From IMG/VR virus record IMGVR_UViG_3300042514_000542, positions 1 through 64,000 of that record: a stretch of 64,000 bases of DNA. One strand, written 5' to 3'. Under the pieces are notes generated by a model. That model worked only from the letters and a program-made list of their open reading frames with translations. It had not been told where the DNA came from and did not search any database. Position numbers and translations under genes: made by a program. Shown here piece by piece: positions 57,459 to 64,000 of the stretch (position 1 is the first letter of the stretch; the number at the start of each line of letters is the position of its first letter).

Positions 57459-57785
57459 TTATGCAGCAACTTCTTCAGTTGCTTCTTCAGCGGAATCATA
57501 TACAACTTCTTCGGTAGGAGTTGCAGTAGCTTCTGCTTTTGCAGCGACAAGTTGTGCTTCAATCTTAGCGATCTTAGCAATAATCTTAGCCTTTTGCTTC
57601 TCAATGGTAACTGTAGTTACCGCTTTAGTGAAGTCCTCATCAGAGGTGTCACCAAGGACAATAAGGGCAGCAGCAATGAACTCTTTATCAGAGACATTGA
57701 ACTTTTCCTTAAGGGTTGTGATGGTCGCCTTTGATTCGTCAGAGACATTCACAACGATTTGTTTCGTTTTTTGTTTCGTTTCCAT
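57459..57785 (-). CDS. Hypothetical protein (possible ribbon-helix-helix plus coiled coil)
   Basis: KQIVVNVSDESKATI..LK......KEFI..AL pattern; repeat promoter upstream. Confidence 0.6.
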   Translation of the reverse strand: METKQKTKQIVVNVSDESKATITTLKEKFNVSDKEFIAAALIVLGDTSDEDFTKAVTTVTIEKQKAKIIAKIAKIEAQLVAAKAEATATPTEEVVYDSAEEATEEVAA

Positions 57786-57816
57786 AACAGCTTTATTATA
57801 TTTCGGTTTTAATTAA

Positions 57817-58044
57817 TCAGAAATCCTCTTCTTCAATTTGTTCTTTGATTTCGTCAATATATTCTTGAAGAGAATCGTCAAATCCTACTACGATAGCAGC
57901 CTTATAAAGAACATGATCTTTTGGATCATTCCCATCCTTTATAAATTGTTTCAAATCTTCATATTCAGAATCGGATTCATCTATATAATTTCCAAGTTCC
58001 ATAGCAGCATCAAAGAACTCTTGACTTACAGTAATTGTTTTCAT
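57817..58044 (-). CDS. Acidic hypothetical protein (cassette)
   Basis: Flanked by repeats on both sides. Confidence 0.65.
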   Translation of the reverse strand: MKTITVSQEFFDAAMELGNYIDESDSEYEDLKQFIKDGNDPKDHVLYKAAIVVGFDDSLQEYIDEIKEQIEEEDF

Positions 58045-58064
58045 ATCGTAATTGTATTTCGGTT

Positions 58065-58322
58065 TTAATCAATGTCAATTTTATGAACACTCATAACCAT
58101 ATCTTCTTTGAGGTCTGGTTTAGGTTTATAGTTAGCTATAAGTGATTCCAGAAATGTTACATCCTTGGTCATATAATGATCAGTGTATATCCTACTGAAA
58201 TCGCTCCACCAATATACACTTCTACTAAACTTCATATCGTTAATGTCTGCGTATTCTGGGAAAAATATCCCCTTTCTAATAGCAAACATTCCATTATTAA
58301 ATTTTACGATTTTTACTTTCAT
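58065..58322 (-). CDS. Hypothetical protein
   Basis: Stop lies inside a repeat. Confidence 0.6.
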   Translation of the reverse strand: MKVKIVKFNNGMFAIRKGIFFPEYADINDMKFSRSVYWWSDFSRIYTDHYMTKDVTFLESLIANYKPKPDLKEDMVMSVHKIDID

Positions 58323-58642
58323 TGATCTTTATTTTCAATTTTATTGTGAAGTATAACTGCCATCAAAAGAGTGGTAGTAAGGAGATATGTGAATCCGAAC
58401 GCTTGGATATTATGTGTATAGAGAATCCAATAGTTGATACCCCATATCATAAGTTGTGGGATATGACTACTGAAATTAAATTTGGATAGTTTAACCATGT
58501 TTTTCTTCACAGTCATACCTACAACTATCAGAGATACTAACATCCAAGCCAAGACTTTAAAGAGTGTAATATCTAACACGAATGCAGTGTATACTATTAG
58601 AACTTCTATACCTAGAACTATTAATGTGTAAATTAGTTTCAT
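58319..58642 (-). CDS. Membrane protein
   Basis: Hydrophobic helices; likely start MKLIYTL. Confidence 0.55.
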   Translation of the reverse strand: MKLIYTLIVLGIEVLIVYTAFVLDITLFKVLAWMLVSLIVVGMTVKKNMVKLSKFNFSSHIPQLMIWGINYWILYTHNIQAFGFTYLLTTTLLMAVILHNKIENKDQ

Positions 58643-58643
58643 A

Positions 58644-58874
58644 TTATTCTTCGTATCCAAGTTTATGTGTTTCAATCCAACGATAGACAACCTCATCATC
58701 CTTAGTGATTTCCTTTGTCATAAGACCATGTTCAAATGCTTCCTTATAAGTATCAGATACACCTAGATTATATGGTCTTGTGTACTTAGGGAAACACGCA
58801 ACCGATACAAACATAAATGCAATGATTGCAAGTAGGAAAAGAACACCTAAAATGTTTTTAATTTCTTCTAACAT
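58644..58874 (-). CDS. Membrane-anchored hypothetical protein
   Basis: N-terminal TM helix; likely start MLEEIK. Confidence 0.55.
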   Translation of the reverse strand: MLEEIKNILGVLFLLAIIAFMFVSVACFPKYTRPYNLGVSDTYKEAFEHGLMTKEITKDDEVVYRWIETHKLGYEE

Positions 58875-59219
58875 AATATTCTTTCGGTTTTTATCAACGG
58901 GATAAGTTACTTGACAGCATGATAATACATACAATGATGGTTATCAATACTCCCATAAGAAGTGACCACATAGTTGATTCTGACATAATGTTAATAGATT
59001 AGTGATAGGGAAACCGCAGTAACAATAGCACCAACTAAGGCTCCAAGGAAGAATGTGATTATAATTTCTTTCATGTTGCTATTGTAGTTCGGTTTTAATT
59101 AAATGGATTAGGGTGATAGAATTATTCTTTGAAAGATCTAGATGGGAAGCCTAGATAAGTGTCGGGAACAATTCCCGTCTTTTATTCTCTATACTTTTGA
59201 GCGTTTACCCTAAATTATT

Positions 59220-59735
59220 TCAATCTACATCAGATGGTAGGTCAAGAAGATTGTCTAGCTTAATAGTAAAGCACAGAAGATCTTTCTCTGGTTCAAGAAG
59301 TTTTTTAGCATCACTATTGGTAAGATAGGTAGCAAACTCATCCTTGGTAACTTCCTTACCATCAGCATAGAATACTGTTTGAGTCTTATGGTTATTACCT
59401 TGACTTGGATATAGGCGAAGATACAGTTCATCTTTGTGTTCAATGACATAGGGGAACCAAGACTTCTTAGTAAGCTTATCCTCATACCATTGACCCCATG
59501 GTAGTTCTTGAACTTCACCACGTTCACCAGCAGCAATAGCATCCTTTACAGCAGAGAGGTTAGCATAATTAACTCCAGCTTGAACAACAGCAACAGAACG
59601 TTTTTCAAGTAGAACATTCTTATGTTCAGCTTTAGGTTTAGGATTAGACTTCCATGCAGCCTTAACAAAGTTACCCTTTGCATTAAGGATTTTATCACGG
59701 ACGGATGCAGCATCTAGTTTAGTATTCGTTTTCAT
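59220..59735 (-). CDS. Hypothetical protein (cassette)
   Basis: GVNYAN...LPWGQW...FPYVIEHK..YLRLY motif. Confidence 0.7.
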   Translation of the reverse strand: MKTNTKLDAASVRDKILNAKGNFVKAAWKSNPKPKAEHKNVLLEKRSVAVVQAGVNYANLSAVKDAIAAGERGEVQELPWGQWYEDKLTKKSWFPYVIEHKDELYLRLYPSQGNNHKTQTVFYADGKEVTKDEFATYLTNSDAKKLLEPEKDLLCFTIKLDNLLDLPSDVD

Positions 59736-59762
59736 TGTAGTAGTAGTATAGTTCGGTTTTAA

Positions 59763-60194
59763 TTAATGTTTATCCTTCTTAAACTCATCAACCTTATCCG
59801 AAATCTCTTGGAATTTTTCAAAGGTAATGGTTTGACAGCCCACAGCAATACCCACATTATTAATTTTAGCTGTATATCCAGCCACATCGTTGACTTCATA
59901 AACCTTTGGAGGATTAGGATTAGTGAAAAAATCAATAATCTTTGAAATATCTTCTGGATACTCGAAAGGATATTTACTTTCTTCTCGAACGCGAGATCCA
60001 ATGGTATAATCATGTTTGATATACAGAACCGGATAATCCATATCCATTTGATGTAGCCTAGGGTTTGGTTCCTTAAACCCCATAACAGTAATGGGACATT
60101 GGGTGAAGTTGTGTAACAGATGATAAACGGCAAGTTTATCTTCTTTGGTGTGTGTTTTGATTGACAGTTCTTTATATTCGTTTTTCATATTCAT
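59763..60194 (-). CDS. Hypothetical protein with VGCQTI module
   Basis: TATAAT-N6-ATG; stop inside the next repeat. Confidence 0.7.
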   Translation of the reverse strand: MNMKNEYKELSIKTHTKEDKLAVYHLLHNFTQCPITVMGFKEPNPRLHQMDMDYPVLYIKHDYTIGSRVREESKYPFEYPEDISKIIDFFTNPNPPKVYEVNDVAGYTAKINNVGIAVGCQTITFEKFQEISDKVDEFKKDKH

Positions 60195-60218
60195 GTTTAT
60201 ATTATATTTCGGTTTTAA

Positions 60219-60425
60219 TTAAGGGTTGTTTAAATTATCAATAAACTTCCAAGCATCTTTCTCGGAATTGAAACAGATATGGCTACCACCGGAATATATA
60301 AACTTGAACCAGAAAGGCCACCACTTATATCTTTCTTCGGGATAATAGAAATACACACCCGGAATCCATATAGTAGTCTTCTTGGTGACTCGATACCTAC
60401 GGTTATTGATTGTTTTCTCTTTCAT
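60219..60425 (-). CDS. Hypothetical protein (cassette)
   Basis: Flanked by repeats. Confidence 0.6.
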   Translation of the reverse strand: MKEKTINNRRYRVTKKTTIWIPGVYFYYPEERYKWWPFWFKFIYSGGSHICFNSEKDAWKFIDNLNNP

Positions 60426-60472
60426 ATCAGAACCTTATCTATTTTCATAACCAAATTATACTTCGGTTTTAA

Positions 60473-60646
60473 TTAATACTCCCAACCTTCATACTTCTTA
60501 TAGGTTGGTTGACATTCTGGATCAAGTTTAGCCTTACGTCTTTCTTCCCTCTTCTTGGACTTCTTTAGAAAGTCTCTATACCTTGATCGTTTATGTGAAC
60601 CATCCTTCTTGGGAAAGTCCATATACCTTTCGATTTGTTCATTCAT
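60473..60646 (-). CDS. Small highly basic protein
   Basis: K/R-rich; stop inside a repeat. Confidence 0.6.
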   Translation of the reverse strand: MNEQIERYMDFPKKDGSHKRSRYRDFLKKSKKREERRKAKLDPECQPTYKKYEGWEY

Positions 60647-60703
60647 AATGAGATAATTGTTCAATCTTATCAAAAAGTTAAGTCTGTTCCGATAAATAAT
60701 ATT

Positions 60704-61399
60704 ATGGCAAAGAAGATAAATTTAGATGTTGAGAAGTTGAAAAGTTTAAATGATGAGGGTATGACGATAACGGAAATAAAATTACATTTTGGAGTCTCGG
60801 ATGACTTAATTAGAAATTATTTCAAATTATATAATTTAATACCTAATCGAAAGAAGAGGAAATGGTCTGAAGACGAAAAGTTAAAAATTTCTAAAAGAAG
60901 AAAGATTTTCCTAAAGGAGAATCCCGATAAACATCCTTGGAGGTCTAAGGATAAGTTTAAATCAGTTCCATGTGAGAAGGTTAAAGATTTTTTGAATAAT
61001 TTAGGTGTGAAGTTTATTGAAGAATATGATCCAAATATACACAATAGAACATTTTCTATTGATATTGCCATGCCCGATAAGTTAATAGCATTAGAGATTA
61101 ATGGTAATCAACATTACGAGAGTGATGGTAGTTTGAAACCATACTATCAAGAACGTCACGATCTATTAGAATCCAACGGATGGACTGTATATGAAATACA
61201 TTATAGTGCTTGCTTCAATCTCGATAAGTGGAAAAATTTTGTCGATGAATTAAAGTCATCTAATAATAAGATTAATTTCAATTACTTCGAATATACACCT
61301 AACGAAATCAAAAAATGGATATGCTCTGATTGTGGTTGTGATGTTAGCCGTGGATCAATTAGATGTAAATCTTGTTATTATATTTCTCGAATAAAATAA
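60704..61399 (+). mobile_element. Free-standing DUF559/Vsr-like (PD-(D/E)xK) putative homing endonuclease
   Basis: SIDIAMPDKLIALEINGNQHY...RHDLL...GW.V; N-terminal HTH and C-terminal CxxC...CxxC; antisense to neighbours; GATAAATA late promoter. Confidence 0.78.
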
Positions 61400-61479
61400 T
61401 GGTAGCCCCGACACGATTCGAACGTGCATATATCCAATTACCCTTTTTCCTCGTTAGAAGCGAGAGGGGATACAAGGCC
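61400..61479 (-). ncRNA. D-armless tRNA-Arg(TCT)-like RNA with CCA
   Basis: GGCCTTG/CGGGGCT+ACCA; CTCG-CT-TCT-AA-CGAG; GCACG-TTCGAAT-CGTGT; TATCC/GGATA stem in place of the D arm. Confidence 0.7.
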
Positions 61480-61494
61480 ATTGAAAGTTATTTA

Positions 61495-61737
61495 TTATAG
61501 AGTCTCATTAATTACACTATACAGTTCCTTCTTCAACTTAATAGCATCCTTAATAATATTATAAGAAAACATAATGTCAACCATGCTTACACAAACACTA
61601 TGAGCATCACGAAGGTCTAGGTTATTATCAAGACAATACTTTGTAGCCTGATTAGAAGCATCTTGCATGATGCGTTCAAGATCGGTAACATCATCACCAA
61701 TGGCAGCACCATATTTGTTATAGAGTCTCTTTTTCAT
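61495..61737 (-). CDS. Hypothetical protein
   Basis: Follows 61739-62062; likely start MKKRLYN. Confidence 0.6.
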   Translation of the reverse strand: MKKRLYNKYGAAIGDDVTDLERIMQDASNQATKYCLDNNLDLRDAHSVCVSMVDIMFSYNIIKDAIKLKKELYSVINETL

Positions 61738-61738
61738 A

Positions 61739-62062
61739 TTACCAAATCTTTCCAAGTGTTTCCATCACTTTTTCTTTAACTCTTTCGTCCCAGCCAGCAG
61801 TTCTATTAACACGACCATTCTTAATAACACCACGATTGGTCTTAGTATTAACAGCAGCAATCCTTATGGCATCAGCACCCACTTTTCTTGATACACCATT
61901 AGGAGTAACAGAAGAGAACACCTTGATTAGAATGTCTGTATTCTTTTTGACTACAAGAGTATATACATACTCACCACCTTCGATTACCTTGTTCCAACCC
62001 TTATCAGGTTTGAAGAGTGTATCGGTTTCAATTTCTGTAACGGTAACGTATGTTGCAGCCAT
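61739..62062 (-). CDS. Hypothetical protein (cassette)
   Basis: TATAAT-N6-ATG at 62062; SRKVGADAIR...RVNRTAGW motif. Confidence 0.7.
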   Translation of the reverse strand: MAATYVTVTEIETDTLFKPDKGWNKVIEGGEYVYTLVVKKNTDILIKVFSSVTPNGVSRKVGADAIRIAAVNTKTNRGVIKNGRVNRTAGWDERVKEKVMETLGKIW

Positions 62063-62082
62063 ACACAAATTATAGTTCGGTT

Positions 62083-62322
62083 TTAATTAATCTCTTCCCA
62101 CAAGTTTTCCAAAGCCTCAAGCATTTCACCTTCATTTCCCTTATAGTATTTCTCAAGATATGTAAAGAATCCCGTGAAACCATATTCCTTAAAAGTTTCC
62201 CTAAGATTATTCTTATCCCTCCAACGTGTTCCAGACTTTATTTCCTCTAATACACATTTGAAAGCAGCATCCTTAAAGTCTTCCATAGCTTTAACTTCTT
62301 CTGGAGATAATGTGATCTTCAT
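62083..62322 (-). CDS. Hypothetical protein (cassette)
   Basis: Flanked by repeats. Confidence 0.65.
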   Translation of the reverse strand: MKITLSPEEVKAMEDFKDAAFKCVLEEIKSGTRWRDKNNLRETFKEYGFTGFFTYLEKYYKGNEGEMLEALENLWEEIN

Positions 62323-62513
62323 AACAGTATTATAGTTCGGTTTAATTATCCCTGTTTCTAAGTTCTTCTAGAATTTCTTCTTGAAGCTGTATTTGACGTT
62401 GTTGTGGCGTAATAACAATATCACGGGACACGACATAATATACTCCATAATATACTCCAATTGCTAATGCAATAGCAAATACAACAGCTACTAAAATTTC
62501 AGATGATTTCATA

Positions 62514-62915
62514 TTAGTCTAAGCTCCAATCAATTTCCTCTTCCAATTCACCCACACACTCTTCCGCCCATTGAGACTCTCGAAAATTCCTATAAGACAT
62601 ACCAACCCATAAGGAAAGCATAGCCAATAGTGCCAGTTCCAAAGTCTTGTGTTTGGAATGTTCTACATAGTCTGTAGTGGGAGGTTCCAAATAAGAACCA
62701 CTATCATACGCCTCATGTCCAACTTCAAACTCCGTGAAGTCTTCATTCGCCATGATAGTAATGCCATCAAAGTTCATACCCCAATATCCATCCATGTCTT
62801 GATAGAACTCATTGGGGAATACACTAATCTTTTGCTTGAGATTACTCTCAACAAATTTTAGAAATACTTCCACTTCTTTATTAGCGAACTTAATCTGTCT
62901 TTCTAGGTTATCCAT
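62514..62915 (-). CDS. Acidic hypothetical protein (cassette)
   Basis: TATAAT-N6-ATG. Confidence 0.65.
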   Translation of the reverse strand: MDNLERQIKFANKEVEVFLKFVESNLKQKISVFPNEFYQDMDGYWGMNFDGITIMANEDFTEFEVGHEAYDSGSYLEPPTTDYVEHSKHKTLELALLAMLSLWVGMSYRNFRESQWAEECVGELEEEIDWSLD

Positions 62916-63189
62916 GATAGTATTATAGTTCGGTTTTAATTATTGACAAATAACCAAATTCCCACAATTATACATAAAGCAGCCAACAATGAAATTAGTG
63001 ATAAAATAATTACCAACCAACCACATGTGATTATAATATCTATAATCACCAAAACTGGCAGAAAGATGAGAAACAATCCTAGATATTTTTTAAATATATT
63101 TGACATATTTCTATTAACTAACTTTTATATATTGTGCTATCACTATCAGAATACCAATAATAATCGCAGCTATTACCATATCATTCATA

Positions 63190-63387
63190 TTAAAAATTTC
63201 CAAATTTTTCGTCAGAGGGAAAATCAGATTTGATTAGTTCCTGTATATCCTTCCTAAATTCATAATATTTGTCAAGAAGTTGACTCGCAACATTATCGGA
63301 AAAATATTCTGTATCGAATAATTCGTGAGCAACATTATCGAAGACACTTTCCAGTTCTTCGATAATGTTCTTTCTATTAGCGTTCAT
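63190..63387 (-). CDS. Hypothetical protein
   Basis: Overlaps the upstream ORF. Confidence 0.55.
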   Translation of the reverse strand: MNANRKNIIEELESVFDNVAHELFDTEYFSDNVASQLLDKYYEFRKDIQELIKSDFPSDEKFGNF

Positions 63388-63619
63388 ATTTAAGAATTAG
63401 AGGATTGGTTGGTAAAACATTAGAAAACTTTGCGGGACGTTTATAGTAACCACGAATTTGTTCACCTTTTTTATTATAGAAATGATTAAGCCTTCCATTA
63501 GTGGATGCTACAATCATTTTATGAGTCTTCTTAGCCGATTCAAGCTTCCTATCAAAGTCCTTAATGAATAAGCTATAGAAGAATTGTTTAAATGTTCGTT
63601 TGTCTTTCTCGTCTTTCAT
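63377..63619 (-). CDS. Basic hypothetical protein (cassette)
   Basis: TACAAT-N6-ATG. Confidence 0.6.
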   Translation of the reverse strand: MKDEKDKRTFKQFFYSLFIKDFDRKLESAKKTHKMIVASTNGRLNHFYNKKGEQIRGYYKRPAKFSNVLPTNPLILKYER

Positions 63620-63643
63620 ATTGCTATTGTAGTTCGGTTTTAA

Positions 63644-64000
63644 TTACGTAAATCCTACGGTTCCCATCAAACATTCTGGACGTTCAATGATCTTATATCC
63701 ATAATCGGACATATCATACTTAAACCAGACCTCATTACTATAATCCTCACCCCACTTAAGTCCATCAATACAATCTAAGTAATGGGTTTCGATCAGTAGG
63801 TATTCATAGTATCCTTCACAGATACCATACGGATCATTGGACTTCTTAACAGTCCCAATAAGTTCATCTTTGTCTAGGAATGATCCACGATACTTTCCAC
63901 CAGATTGCCAAGCATGATAAAGTTCTTTATCTTCTCTCCACTTATCCTTAGCAACACTATCACGATTTTTCTCGCATTCCCTATATACTTCCCAAGACTT
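63644..64000 (-). CDS. Hypothetical protein, 5' end outside the window
   Basis: Frame is open from the window edge to a TAA inside the repeat at 63644. Confidence 0.6.
   Translation of the reverse strand, partial: KSWEVYRECEKNRDSVAKDKWREDKELYHAWQSGGKYRGSFLDKDELIGTVKKSNDPYGICEGYYEYLLIETHYLDCIDGLKWGEDYSNEVWFKYDMSDYGYKIIERPECLMGTVGFT

Larger units (their letters stand above)
48219..63646 (-). repeat. About 29 dispersed copies of the promoter repeat TAATTAAAAC(C/A)GAAN-TANAAT
   Basis: Plus-strand (T)TCGGTTTTAAT near 48800, 49070, 49412, 49892, 50275, 50958, 51977, 53557, 53925, 54411, 54723, 55483, 55945, 56284, 56748, 57802, 58058, 59087, 59751, 60207, 60461, 62075, 62335, 62928 and 63632; variant TCTGTTTTAAT near 48227, 48345, 48570 and 48652. 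Confidence 0.93.

Noticed and set aside
59108-59214. Hammerhead ribozyme
   Set aside because: No CUGAUGA/GAAA core in the required arrangement on either strand.
48219-63646. CRISPR array or integron attC array interpretation of the dispersed repeat
   Set aside because: Spacing is irregular and gene-sized, the repeat is not palindromic and ends in a -10 box, and no cas or integrase gene is in the window.
1-64000. Genome-wide TAG reassignment (code 15-like)
   Set aside because: Conserved genes are full length in code 11, and reading through the few terminal TAGs checked (38158, 48831, 8468) soon meets another stop.

Overview
This 64-kb window is part of a large, AT-rich T4-like (gp23-type) myophage genome. 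Layout: (1) 1-15 kb holds late structural genes: a 5'-truncated fibre-like protein, gp4, gp21, gp22, gp23 and a split gp5-like hub/spike. (2) 15-21 kb holds clpP-like, nrdA, nrdB and vWA genes. (3) 21.4-32.2 kb is a tRNA region with about 21 tRNAs, several non-canonical tRNA-like RNAs, small ORFs, an HNH nuclease, a short gp55-like sigma and coaB/coaC. (4) 32-37 kb holds a lysis module and glycosyltransferases. (5) 37.5-47.5 kb is a late island of proteins with T4 internal-protein-like N-termini, including a CCA-adding enzyme. (6) 47.5-64 kb is a minus-strand array of small genes, nearly all in cassettes opened by the repeat TAATTAAAACCGAAN-TANAAT-N6-ATG. Most notable: an amber (CUA) suppressor tRNA lies directly downstream of a gene with an in-frame TAG at codon 5; a CCA-adding enzyme is probably virion-packaged, and many of the tRNA genes lack CCA; about 37 copies of a promoter repeat often contain the upstream stop codon and imply leaderless mRNAs; and a ~182-nt structured RNA has tRNA ends. 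All calls come from manual reading of motifs; no searches or folding programs were run.
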